Assembly: GCA_951406725.2 (NCBI GenBank)
Contig: OX597828.1
Location: 7,440,001 to 7,504,000 of the forward strand
Source: Octopus vulgaris
Lineage: Eukaryota
Direction of reading: 5' to 3'
Length of the DNA stretch: 64,000 nucleotides
Shown here: positions 28,271-41,601 of the stretch, one piece after another
Numbering within the stretch: position 1 is the first letter of the stretch
Layout: every line of letters starts with the position of its first letter
The notes under the pieces: model-generated
Databases searched by the model: none
What the model was told of the DNA's origin: nothing
The model's input: only the letters and a program-made list of their open reading frames with translations
Position numbers and translations under genes: made by a program

Positions 28271-28590
28271 CAATGAATTAGAATAAAACCTTAGAGCAAT
28301 ACCTAGATGATTGTAGGGGAGATTATGTGGCCATGTTTATGTATATCAACCAACTAAAACTAGCGTGCATGTGTGTGTGAATGTGTGTGTATGTGTGTGC
28401 GTGTATGCGTGCGCGCGCGCAAGCGTTTACCCGTTAAACTTTATCTGTCACAGACAGATAATGCCTGTCTGAATCTACACCTAGCAGGGGTAATTTACCT
28501 GCAGATTGCCCCCAGCGATACAATTATAGCACTCTGTGAATTGGTCTAAAATTTCAATTTGAAATTTGAATGTACGCACGCACGCACGCA

Positions 28591-28649
<59 letters not shown>

Positions 28650-29451
28650 GCACACACATACACGCACACACACACATACATATAGGCATTCTTTTTATTC
28701 TTTTATTTGGTTCAATCATTAAGCTGCGGCCATGCTGGAGTACTGATATGAAGAATTTTAATCGAACGAATCGACTCCAATACTTATTTTCAAGCCTGGT
28801 ATTTATTCTGTCGGTCGCTATTGACGAAAGGCTAAGTTACGGAAACCTAAACACGCGAACACAGTCCACTCAGCTGGTAAAAGTGAGTTGTACGTGGTAT
28901 TCAAAGGGTCGGTCTTATCATATTCTGGGTCACGCTTAATCTCCCTAGGAACTACGTTAAGGGCATGTGTGTCTGTGGAACACTCAGCCACTTGCTTCTT
29001 AATTTCACGAGCAGGTTGTTCCGTGGATCGGATCAACTAGAAACCTCGTCGTCGTAACCGACAGAATGTCAGTTACCTACGTGACACGGATGAAATCCTC
29101 TTCGGAAGTAAGTTTCTTTGCATTTTGGTTCAGAGAGTATATGTGAGAGAGGAAGAGAGGGGTGGGGATAAAGACTGACAGGTAGACGGGTGGGTGCCTT
29201 TATTCGACCAAACTATAAAATAACCTTAAACTTCATTGGATACAATGCACCTCCATTCTTCCTTTGATTGCACCATTCTCTTCTCCATTCGAGACGGAAA
29301 TCTTTGACAATGTCCGATTCCCATCCTATTTCATGTCTTCTAAAGCACTTATTACGATCTTTTGGATACCATTCGACGGCAGTACGGGTTCACCTGTCTG
29401 TGAACCTTGTAACGTGTCTTACTTTGCAGAAATTATACCAACGGTATTTGC

Positions 29452-30044
29452 AAGGCGGTGAGCTGGCAGACACATTAGCACGCCGGGCGAAATGCTTAAC
29501 GGTATTTCGTCTGCGTTACGTTGTGAGTTCAAATTCCGCCGAGGTCGACTTTGCCTTTCATACTTTCGGGGTCGATAAATTAAGTACCACTTACGCTCTG
29601 GGGTCGATGTAATCGACTTAATACCTATGTCTGTCCTTGTTTGTCCCCTCTGTGTTTAGCCCCTTGTGGGTAATAAAGAAATAGGTATTTCGTCTGCCGT
29701 TACGTTCTGAGTTCAAATTCCGCCTTTCATCCTTTCGGGGTCGATAAAATTAAGTACCAGTTACGCACTGGGGTCGATATAATCGACTTAATCCGTTTGT
29801 CTGTCCTTGTTTGTCCCCTCTGTGTTTAGCCCCCTGGGGGTAGTAAAGAAATAGGTATATCGTCTGCCGCTACGTTCTGAGTTCAAATTCTGCTGAGGTC
29901 GACTTTGCCTTTCATCCTTTCGGGGTAGATAAATTAAGTACCAGTTACGCACTGGGGTCGATATAATCGGCTTAATCCGTTTGTCTGTCCTTGTTTGTCC
30001 TCTCTGTGTGTAGCCCCTTGTGGGCAGTAAAGAAATAGGTATTT
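29452..30044 (+). mobile_element. Meta-domain-like SINE with three tandem body+tail units and a 12-bp target-site duplication
   Basis: One head; units start at GGTAT at 29501, 29684 and 29854. GGTATTTGCAAG at 29443-29454 and 30038-30049. Confidence 0.88.
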
Positions 30045-30410
30045 GCAAGATCACATGACTCACTCCATTTCATTCTTGAATCACATCGTTTCAGTCCGCA
30101 CAGATATACCTAAAATGAATCTATCCATGCCTTTATGCATTGTAACCAGTCTCTTTTCGTCCAACTCATAGTAAACCACGGTTAATTAGAGTATAAAGAG
30201 CACAGGTAGCATTGTGCTGAAGAAAAGATTACCATATTGGTTCTTGACCAACAATAATTTGAGCAGGTCTTTATTTGAAGCAAGCACATTATACCCTGCT
30301 TGCATGCACGCGCGCACACATACACACATTTATCGACCGCACATGCTTAACGTATGTATTTTGCTTGCTATCCGGGTGCATCGCATAGCGCGATGGCGAC
30401 GGCACCTTAC

Positions 30411-30435
30411 CTCATAATGCTGGGTGTTAAAACAC
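30411..30435 (-). other. candidate 25-nt exon
   Basis: Minus strand tcttaac..gactttcag|GTGTTTTAACACCCAGCATTATGAG|gtaagg in non-repetitive DNA. Confidence 0.3.
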
Positions 30436-30921
30436 CTGAAAGTCATAGACAGTTAAGACAAATCTCCTCCAATTCCATTCAGGAGTGATGGACACCGATA
30501 TTTTAGAATTTCTGTGAATTATCACCATCAAATCCCTAAATCGAAACGGGGAATGTTTACAACACGAGCGTTGCTTTTGATCCATAACTGAATTCAATCT
30601 TACGCATACATCGCCGGAGCATCCCAGTAAATGGTTCACAGCTTGTATATAGTCATAGACTGACGATTCGATTCGTCCCAGTAGGTTTCATTACAATTAT
30701 AGCGACTTATTTCATATTTATTTTTAATCTAATGCATGTCTCATAATTTAATATATACTTGTTTATGCTCTGTGCACATCGCTGGATCGTTCTCTCATCG
30801 AATCTCTGAAACAGCCGTGGAAGACTATTTTTTTGAATTTTCTTTCACATGAGCTTCGAGTAAATCTTTGGACAACATCTACTTATCTATGAAGGATAGA
30901 ACGGGATATCTTCCTGTTTCC

Positions 30922-30972
<51 letters not shown>

Positions 30973-30994
30973 ATATCCATATCTACGTATAAAC

Positions 30995-31055
<61 letters not shown>

Positions 31056-31703
31056 TATATATATATACATATATATACATATATATACATACATATATAT
31101 ATATATATGTGTACATATATATATACATGTATAAATAAATTTACATGTACATACATATATAAAGATATATACATATACATATCCAAATATACACACACAT
31201 ATATGTGCATATATATATACATATATATACGTATATATATACATATATATATACATATATATATATATACCTATATATATATATATACATACATATATAT
31301 ATATATACAAGATATATGTGTCTGTATATATATAGAGAGAGATAGGTTGATAGATAGATGCCAATATATCAATGACAAAATAGAAGACACCCGGATATAT
31401 ACACGAATGTTTGTGTCTGTTCTTGAGTGTATGTGTATGTGTGTGTGTGTGTGTCTGTGTGCACGCGTGTATATGTGTGCGTGCGTGTGTGTGTGTGTGT
31501 GTGTGTGAGCATATATGGGTGGTGGGGGTGCGTGCGTGTACATATACGAATTCCTCGTTGAAAAGCACAAACTATTCCACAGAGTGCTTTAATTTTATCG
31601 CTGGGGGCCGTCGCCAGGTAAATTACTCCTGCCACTGATAGAGTCAAATAGACGTTATCTGTCTGAGACAGATAAATCGAGACAGGTACCCGCTCGCGCG
31701 CAT

Positions 31704-31747
<44 letters not shown>

Positions 31748-33099
31748 GCACATACACCGTATATCAATGTTTATGTACACTTAGTCTATACTCAACATTT
31801 TAATGCTTTTCACGTACTCTCTTAATCTAATGTTATACCAATGTGCATGAACATACATACATTCATTCACACGCGCACAAGTTTGCATCATATATATATA
31901 TATACATATGTGTGTGTGTGTGTGTGTTTATGTGTGTGTATGTGTGTATGTGTGTGTACGTAGACATACACGTTTATACACACATCTCTCACTTTCTCTC
32001 GATATAAATGTACACACACACACACACACACAATTTGCATACGCTTATTCATACAACGACCCACACATCTACATACATAGAGAAAAATCTGTGCACATAA
32101 TCCTGTTCATATTCTCAGTTGTGTGCTATATCTACCGCTAAATCACTGCTGCATTTTCCCCGACGCTTACAGGATTCACCAAATTCTTCATTCCAACTAA
32201 ATAAGAACATCAGTAAAAGAAGTTTGAAATCACGATTGCTGGCTTGTGTGACCAGTTTCCAAACCTGCTGAGCTGATATCCTTATCACTTCTAGCTTAAG
32301 CACAGGGTTAGAAATTTTCAGGTAGAGACTGATCGATGATATCCATGGGAGTATGTGACTGGTACTTTACTTTATCGACCCTAGAAAGAAGAACGACAAT
32401 GTTGATCATGGCACCATTTCAAATCAAAATGTAAGGGACCATAATGAAGCACCCCAAGGATTTTCTCCACTGTCCAACTTTTCTTCTAATTCCCTACAGT
32501 AAATGTGTTTGAATGACTGATTGAAGAAAAAGAGATTCGAACTATCGAATGCTGCTCCACAAGACCAATACTCAAAACTGCTTACGTCTTATTGTTTCCA
32601 AGAGAGGCAAATGATTAGAAACTTGGAGGAGGGGGTGGGGGCAATCGCTTATAGCGACTCAAGTACTTAACTAGGACTTTATTTTCGTGATCCGCGAAAA
32701 AGATGAAAGGAAAAGCTAACCACGGTGGAATATAATCTCTGAATATAAACAATTGAAACAAATACCACAAGGCATTATATCCAATGTTCCCATGCTTCTT
32801 TATTTTATTTTATTCATCAGAAAGATGAATGAAATTGATTCCGGTGTGATTTGAACTCAGAATGCAAGGAAACACAAGTAAACATCACAAGGATTTCCCC
32901 AACGTTCTAAGAATCCTTTTGATTGACTGCACTAAATAAATTAGAATGTAAGCGAGATCTGACCGAAAGCCTTTTGCTTTTCGAGACCAGTATTGCAAAT
33001 TCCAGATATCCATCGCCCTGAACTCTAAGATCTATTAAATAAATGATAAAAAGGCATAAACTAATAAATAAAATAAAATATGACAAAATTATAATCTTA

Positions 33100-33482
33100 C
33101 TAGCAGTATTGCCCGGCGTTGCTCGGGTTTGTAAGGGAAATAACTATAAAGCATTTTTAGAGAGTTATAGCCAAAAAATAGAAAAAAATGGAAAAAAATT
33201 ATGGTAAATTTTTTTTTGAGAGTTAAAACGGTCGAGTTGCGTCCCCTAGACAGTCTGTGGTTTGTGTTTCTGATTCTCGACCCCATGTCGAATTTATCGA
33301 GTTTTTTCAGAACTGGGGGAACTTTTCAAAATTTTCGCTGCGTTAGTTTTGAATTATGACATTGGGCTATGTGTATGTCAAGTTTCATCAGAATCGGTTG
33401 AAAGCCATGGTCAGGGTGAGGGTACAACCTGTCAGACACACAGACACACACACAGACAAACTGCCGTTTATATATAGAGAGA
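33100..33482 (-). mobile_element. non-autonomous Helitron
   Basis: A^TCTCTCTATATATAAACGGCAG 5' end; 3' hairpin plus CTAG^T; highly similar to 57376-57737. Confidence 0.85.
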
Positions 33483-33917
33483 TTCATGTATACTGTCATA
33501 AAATTCACAGAATAGCTTTTCTCCGTTCACCCAGCCGTCTTCGTGCTTGTGCATTATGAAATGCACAAGCTTACAAGTACTGAAATGAATATAATGCAGT
33601 CCTCTATCCTTCAAAATATAGGGGCTGCTCTCCTCGATCAGATATAACTCAATACAACTCAGACACATGTACACATACATACGCACATAAACGCATACAT
33701 ACACAATTATATACATGTGGGAACGTAGGTGCAAAAGGGAATAATATTTGAATGCCAAAAGAACGGTAAAATATAGTGTTTTGCTTAAGCGGCAAAGATT
33801 CACAAACTGTTACCCAGAGTTTCACATAACTTATCATTTCGCATCATCTGTTTGATGATCGGCTACGTGAACCTCTATATAATGATGGGTGAAGATCTTT
33901 CAGCTTCAATAAAATAC

Positions 33918-34046
<129 letters not shown>

Positions 34047-34240
34047 ACGATCCCTATTGATAGATTTTTTCTTTTTCCTTTTATTCCACCCTCCCTTTTT
34101 TTTTTGCTTTCCTCTTACTTTCCTTTTACGATCCCTTTTGATCGAAAACCAAGCCCCCTTTTTTTTATCCCCCGAAAGAAAAGCTCTACCTTGTAATTTG
34201 TCCCGTCTGTGTACAGCCCTGTGTGGCTAATAAAGAAACA
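34047..34240 (+). mobile_element. probable LINE 3' end within a (TATC)n tract
   Basis: (TATC)n on both sides; ends TTTGTCCCGTCTGTGTACAGCCCTGTGTGGCTAATAAAGAAACA, similar to the Meta-like SINE long tail. Confidence 0.55.
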
Positions 34241-34366
<126 letters not shown>

Positions 34367-34416
34367 GTTGTCTGTTTGTCTGCTTGTCTGTCACGCTTTC
34401 AAAGTTTATCTATGCA

Positions 34417-35354
34417 TCTATCAATATATATGTGTAAAATTCTGTTTGTCTGTCTGTCTGTCTGTCTGTTCCTTATGCATTCTCAAACAGCTCCACCAAA
34501 TCAAATCAAACTTTACGAAATAATAGTATTAGAGTGTCAACATGTAATTTTTTTTCATTTGGATTAAAACAACATAACATTTTATCTAAAATAATCTTTC
34601 TATAGTCATCTATAGTAAAAGACATTTTTACGTCAACGACGACGACGATGACTTTTTTTTTTATGTGTGTGTGTGTGTTGGCGCGTTCGTTACGTACGAC
34701 ATAGTAAAGGACATTTTATTCCACGAAGACGACACATTTTGTATATGAATGTATATGTGTTTGTGTGTGTGTGTGTTTGCTCCTTCCTTACGTACGAGAT
34801 AGTAAAGGACATTTTATAACACTACGACGACGACGCGTTTTGTATATGAGTGTGTATGCGTCTGTGAGCGTGTGCGTGTTTGCGAGTTCGTACATACGAC
34901 ATAGCATAGGACATTTTATACGACGACGACGATACACTTTGTATATGCGTGTGTATGTGCCTATTCCAAAATTTCCAAAATTACCAACAATTCTCAGTCA
35001 AACTAAGTTTTGGTATATATATATATATATTAATTAACAAATTTCATGGTCACTCCCTCAAGATTGTTGGATTTCATCTCTCTACCACATGCTTCTCCTG
35101 AGTTGGAAGCACCAACAATTTATTGATTTAGATGCAGACAGAAAATTACACAATGAATATTGTTTAATCTGGGGTGCTTTAAGATTGACAAAGTTTCAGT
35201 TCTAAATCCTATTATCATTACAGTTTGGAGATTTTAAAAATAAAATATAGATATTTTGAAATGATTATGATTAAAACATATTTTTTCATATTTATTGCTT
35301 ACTAATAAAAAAAAGAACAGCAGTAACTCGGGCAACGCCGGGTAATTCAGCTAT
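34417..35354 (+). mobile_element. older non-autonomous Helitron-like element with (GTCT)n and internal ~100-bp tandem repeats
   Basis: 5' TC; hairpin CTCGGGCAACGCCGGG (35327-35342) then CTAT; ATAGTAAAGGACATTTTA-like units at 34612, 34701, 34799 and 34901. Confidence 0.55.
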
Positions 35355-35376
35355 GTGTCTCTATGTGTGCGCGTTG

Positions 35377-35410
<34 letters not shown>

Positions 35411-35416
35411 ATGTGT

Positions 35417-35710
35417 GTGGAGGCGCAATGGCCCAGTGGTTAGGGCAACGGACTCGCGGTCGTAGGATCGCGGTTTCGATTCCCAGACCGGGCGTTGTGA
35501 GTGTTTATTGAGCGAAAACACCCAAAGCTCCACGAGCCTCCAGCAGGGGGTGGTGGCGATCCCTGCTGTACTCTTTCGCCACGTCTTTCTCCCACTCTTT
35601 CTTCTGTTGGCCTGCTCGCTTAACCAGCGGGATGGCGTCATTTGAAGACTAAAACAATGCGAAGCGCATTGTGACAAGCGATGTGTAGCAACATCTGATA
35701 GCCTGGTCGA
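35417..35710 (+). mobile_element. tRNA(Arg)-like SINE, tail type Y
   Basis: TGGCCCAGTGG A box, GGTTTCGATTCC B box. Confidence 0.85.
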
Positions 35711-36318
35711 GATGAGATGAGATATATGTATATATACATATATGTGTATGCATATGTATGTATGCTTACACACACACACACACACACACAGACGTACGTC
35801 AATTTCTGTCGAACGAATGAGACTGGAGTGATCAATACCTGTTGCCAGTACTTGGACAGGAACGTCACAGTGGTGGCATTAAACTTGAGTGGCAAGACAA
35901 CAAATTTTCAGTTTTAATAAAATTAAATGCACCACCCCTCCCCCGCCCACACTCACAGTTAAACCAATATTAAAAAAAAACTCTGTTAGCTGCTTCACTA
36001 AAGAACATAAACATATAAATACTATCTACCAGATTATAAAATATGTAAACGGCAGATTTAGATTGGCTTAGTAATAAGACATTAAGAGTTAACAGACATT
36101 AAGAGCTCACAATAAAAGCAGTTTAACATACAATGGGTTTCCTTTTTCTTTCGTCTAAATGTATGCTTGTGTGTTTTACTACCTAATGCTTCACTATATT
36201 TATACGCATACGTACATACATGTATACATACAATCCATACATTCACACACACGCACACACACACACCACATATATATATGTACATAAATAAACCATAAAT
36301 ATATATACAATATATATA

Positions 36319-36371
<53 letters not shown>

Positions 36372-36382
36372 TATATATATAC

Positions 36383-36770
36383 CATCATCATCATCATATT
36401 CATCATCGTTTAACGTCCGCTTTCCATGCTAGCATGGGTTGGACGATTTGACTGAGGACTGGCAAAGCAGACGGCTGCACCAGGCTCCAATCATGATCTG
36501 GCAGAGTTTCTACAGCTGGATGCCCTTCCTAACGCCAACCACTCCGAGAGTGTTGTGGGTGCTTTTACGTGCCACCGGCACGAGAGCTAGTCAGGCGGTA
36601 CTGGTAACGATCACGCTCAACTGGTGTTTTTTTACGTGTCACCTGCACAGGAGCCAGTCCGGTGGAATTGGCAACGACCTCGCTCAAATGTTTTTCATGT
36701 GCCACCGGCACAAGTGCTAGTAAGGCGACGTTGGTAACGATCACGCTCGAATGGTGCTTTTTACGTGCCA
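36383..36770 (-). mobile_element. RTE-related non-autonomous retroelement with a (GAT)n tail and internal ~65-bp repeats
   Basis: Minus strand GGTTGGCGTTAGGAAGGGCATCCAGC and 3' GGACGTTAAACGATGATG; repeats at 36566, 36633, 36696 and 36762. Confidence 0.65.
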
Positions 36771-38432
36771 CAAAAAGTCGTACCAATTTAAAAAATAAAC
36801 TTAAAACACAATATTTACATACTTTTACATATCTTTATCCAGCTACATGTGACCCATTTTGTCCCACTATCTTTCGCCATGTTGAACTAACTTGATGATC
36901 CCATCCTCCAGAAATTTGCATCTTTGCGGGACATGAACTGTTTAAATGGTTTTTACAGTCTTCCAAAGAACTGACTTTCTCCCTATTAAGAAAATTTTGC
37001 AGATAAATAATTCGTAGGTGCAGGATCAGGTGAGCGCGACGAGTGTTGTAGGATATCGCAACCAAGTTGTACCAAATTCTGTCAAATCTGTAAGGAAACA
37101 TGACATCAAGCGTTTCTTGAAAGAAGACGAGACCGTTCCGGTTGGCTAATTTTGGACGTTTTTCATTGATTGCCTCCTTTATGTCTAATAAGGAACAATT
37201 ATTGTCTAAACTTAATGTCTAATTTTGAAGAAGGTCGTAATGCACTGTACCCTTCCAGTCTCACACGATGGGTGTTACCATCTTCGGATACTAACCAGCT
37301 TTTGGAGTGATTATAAATGATTTCTTTCGTTTTCTTCAAGAGCTTTCTCGCTCCACATTGTTATAAACAATCCATTTTCCCTCACCAGTGATAGTTTTTT
37401 TTTCTTTTCAAAAATGGGGAGTTTTTGCAGCGTTCGAGCAGAGAATTCCAGAAGAAAACGCGGTCCTCTGAATTATTTTCCGTTACATTATGAGGTACTG
37501 AATCAACGCAGGAATTCACGTGATCAAGGGATTTTAAATGCTTTATATGAGATATGTGGAATATCTCCGTGATATCTCGTGTCGTGTAACATGGTTTATT
37601 TTTGATGAGTATTTTGATTTGGTCAACGTCAACTACTCTAGGTCTGTCGGAATATTCGTGGTCTTCCTGAGAAAAAATTTCACACCTGACCTAGCAAACC
37701 CCTTACAAACAGTTCTCTCGGTTATGGCATCATCTCTCTGAGATGCACATTTCTTTCTTTTTGGCTGTTTCTTTAATCATTTACCTGTTACTTGCTTCAG
37801 TCATTGGACTGCAGCCATGCTGGGACATAGCCTTGAAATACTTTAGTCGAAAAACTCGACATCAGTACTTAATTTTTTAAAGCCTAGTAGTTATTCTATC
37901 GGTTTTCCTTGCCGAATTGCTATGTTACGGGAACGTAAGCACATCAACATCAGTTGTAAAGTGGTGATGGTTGTGGAACAAACGCATACACAAAGACTCA
38001 CACACATATAAATATATACATATATATGTACGACAAGTTTCTTTCAATTTCCGTCTCCCAAATCCACTCACAAAGCTCTGGTCTGTCCGAGAATATAATA
38101 GAAGACACCTATCCGTGGTGATACGCAGTGGGACTGAACCCGGAACTGCATGGTTGAGAAGCGAGTTTCTTACCACACAACTACATTTTTAACTTGCCAA
38201 AAATAAAAGGGGATCAAATAACAAAAAGTATCATATTTTCCTCTACTTGCACGTTTTATTTTTTCGTAAAAACTGTAAAAATAAACTATGTACCCTACAA
38301 TCGAATTGAAAGACATGTTAAAATGTAATCTTTCTGTACATATGTCACATACTTCTATCACGGGACAAAACGAAATCACTTCTTTAATCTCCAACTAAAG
38401 AATAATGGTACGAACTTTTTGTCTCAGCCCAA
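36771..38432 (-). pseudogene. decayed mariner transposon (transposase pseudogene) interrupted by a SINE
   Basis: Minus-strand remnants: SVPHNVTE (WVPHEL-like), ITGEGKWIVYNNVERES (TGDEKW-like), SPDPAPTNY (YSPDLAPSDY-like), LQNFLN..SLEDCKNHL, WRKIVGQNG. TIR TTGGGCTGAGACAAAAAGTTCGTACC at 38407-38432 next to TA, with a partial match CAAAAAGTCGTACC at 36771. Confidence 0.85.
37780..38185 (-). mobile_element. CORE-like SINE nested in the mariner
   Basis: Family motifs; splits the transposase N-terminal region. Confidence 0.8.
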
Positions 38433-38835
38433 TATATACATACCTATACACACACGCGCAAATACACATTATAAGCGCACTCCTACCTGCATGCTTAATA
38501 AATTTACTTCGCAAACAGTAAGGTTTCACGTTTCAACTTCGAAATTACTGTGACAGAACATAGATATCTGATTAACGCATGTTTTTGCATATGGAATTTA
38601 GTAAACAGAAGCTCTACTAAACCGCGACGTATAAGTAAATCCAATTTATATTCCTGTATGTTATATTTTAATAATTACTGGTATCTTTATATATTTAATA
38701 TGTAAAGCATAATATGTTATATATAGGCATGTATATTCTTGTAATTGTCATTTTAGTAAATAAATAAATAAATTGACATAATATAGTGTCTAAAAGTTAA
38801 TGAACCACCTATTGATCACCTCCATTTTCTTATTG

Positions 38836-38875
<40 letters not shown>

Positions 38876-38888
38876 TTCTCTATCTCTC

Positions 38889-38963
<75 letters not shown>

Positions 38964-39109
38964 TATATATCTGTGCTCACCCACGCCTGTGTACATGTGT
39001 CTGAGTATATGTATGCATATCTTACTATTACCGGGATATAACACCGTTTCCGAGTGTGTTCCTGTACGTCCAAAGGAGCTTTAGCCATTCGATAAACTTC
39101 CAAAGGCGC

Positions 39110-39157
<48 letters not shown>

Positions 39158-39170
39158 ATACATATGTATG

Positions 39171-39221
<51 letters not shown>

Positions 39222-39294
39222 TTATACATTAGTACATATATTCATTTATAAATATATATCATACAGAAATACACGCACACAACCACACTTATGT

Positions 39295-39360
<66 letters not shown>

Positions 39361-40073
39361 GTACACACACACAAGCATCCACAGACACATTTCCAAATAT
39401 GTATACATTATACACAGACCAGATATCCATGACTGCGTATAATGAATTCATTTAATCATCCAAATTGATATGCTTACATTTGGACATATCTAATTTGAGT
39501 AAATACTAACATGGTTTATTTTTGCATGGTTTATTATTTATTTTTGTTTTTCTTTGTCTGACTCTTTGTTTGCTACAGATAGCAGGCTTCTTTTTTTTTT
39601 TCCATTTTGGAGTGGACGGAGCTGTCTAGATTGTTACAATATATATATATATATATGCTTGTTTGTGGTATTGTATTATATATGTGCTTGTTTGTGGTAT
39701 TTAAGTAAGACTGGACATATCATGAAATATTCAACCGAAAATACATCCTATTAGATCATAGCTGAAATATTATCAATAAAATATGTATTGCAGATCGGCA
39801 CCAGATGGACTGGAACTTCTCTGAGGCAGACAGTGAAATAACCTACAGAAAACAAGATGAAATATTTATTAATAGTAAAAGTATAGCGGAATATATGGCC
39901 CACTGGCTAATGCTTTCGGGTAGGAAAATCTGGGATTTAGTAGTTCGGGTCTCTTCTCTTCCTTTAGTTCTTTTTTCTATCGATTATTGGAACCAATCCT
40001 TATTTCCTATCGCTATTGCTATCATTTAGGTCCATCGTTAAGTTTGATATCAATTCCTTTTAGGATTCTTTCT

Positions 40074-40225
40074 AGGCGCAGGAGTGGCTGTGTGGTAAGT
40101 ACACATGGTTCCGCGTTCAGTCCCATTGCGTGGCATCTTGGGCAAATGTCTTCTGCTATAGCCCCGGGCCGACCAATGCCTTGTGAGTGGATTTGGTAGA
40201 CGGAAACTGAAAGAAGCCTGTCGTA

Positions 40226-40324
<99 letters not shown>

Positions 40325-40530
40325 TTGTGTGTCTGTGTTTGTCCCCCTAGCATTGCTTGACAACCGATGCTGGCGTGTTTACGTCCCCGTCACTTAACGG
40401 TTCGGCAAAAGAGACCGATAGAATAAGTACTGAGCTTACAAAGAATAAGTCCCGGGGTCGATTTGCTCGACTAAAGGCGGTGCTCCAGTATGGCCGCAGT
40501 CAAATGACTGAAACAAGTGAAAGAGTAAAA
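40074..40530 (+). mobile_element. full-length CORE-like SINE with an expanded internal microsatellite; older copy at 40830-41190
   Basis: Family head, core and tail. Confidence 0.88.
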
Positions 40531-41359
40531 GGGTATCTCTCTATCTTGTAACTATTTTCAACGATATTTCCTATAAGATGTCACGGCTTCTATCAAACAG
40601 CTTTTCTTTTTATGGAGATAATTGTTTGTTAAACCATACTATTACATATGAAATGAGACATATACGTAAAGATACTTATTCTACATAACGGTCACGTGAG
40701 GTTTTCTTCCTCCAATCATACTCTTAGTGTTTATGCGTAAATATGAATGTAAAAACATATTTACATACATCCATATATATGCGTATCTGTATAGCCATTT
40801 TTAAATATGTATATATATGTTTGTATATAGGTATGGCTGAGTGTTAAGAAGCTTGCTTCCCAACCATGTGGTTCCAGGTTCAGTCCCATTGCGTAGCATC
40901 TTGGGCAGGTGTCTTCTACTATAACCTCGGCCCGACCAAAACCATGCAAGTAGATTTGGTAGACGGAAACTGAAAGAACTTTGTCGTATATATGTATATA
41001 TATAAGAATATATTTTCGGATATGTGTGTGTGTTTGCCCCCGCCACCATCACCTGGCAACCGTTGTTGGTGAGCTTACGTCCTCGTAACTTAGCGTTTCG
41101 GGGTTGATTTGTTCGACTAAAAACATTTTAAGGCGGTGTTCCAGCATGGCCTCACTCAAATGACTGAAAGAAGTAAAAGAATAAAAGAATATACATACGT
41201 ATATACTATATATATATAGTGAAAAATATTAGTGATGCCAACGAATATGTTTCGCTGTTGGTGTCTAATAAAATTGCTTTAACCATCAAGAATTGGCTCT
41301 GAACCTGAAGCCACTACGAAGACTATTTTTTCTCTCCCTTTCTTTCTTTTCTCTCTCTC

Positions 41360-41403
<44 letters not shown>

Positions 41404-41568
41404 TATATATATATATATATATAGTAAGGAAAGGGAATGGAGAATTTCGATTATCCCCGCGTTGTAAATTGTAATGCAATATATATATCTTAACAGAAGG
41501 TAAATGCACACAGTTTACATAGTTTTAATATATTCTTAAATGTATTTTATAGGTGAAAGAGTATTGTT

Positions 41569-41601
41569 TGTCGACCGGTTTCGCTTTTGCTAATCATGAC
41601 A
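41569..41601 (-). ncRNA. minimal hammerhead-like motif with A3-U8 core
   Basis: UGUC AUGAUUA GC-aaaa-GC GAAAC-CG-GUC GACA. Confidence 0.45.

Noticed and set aside
29501-30044. CRISPR-like or ribozyme-driven array
   Set aside because: Units are whole SINE bodies with no unique spacers, and I found no hammerhead core on either strand.
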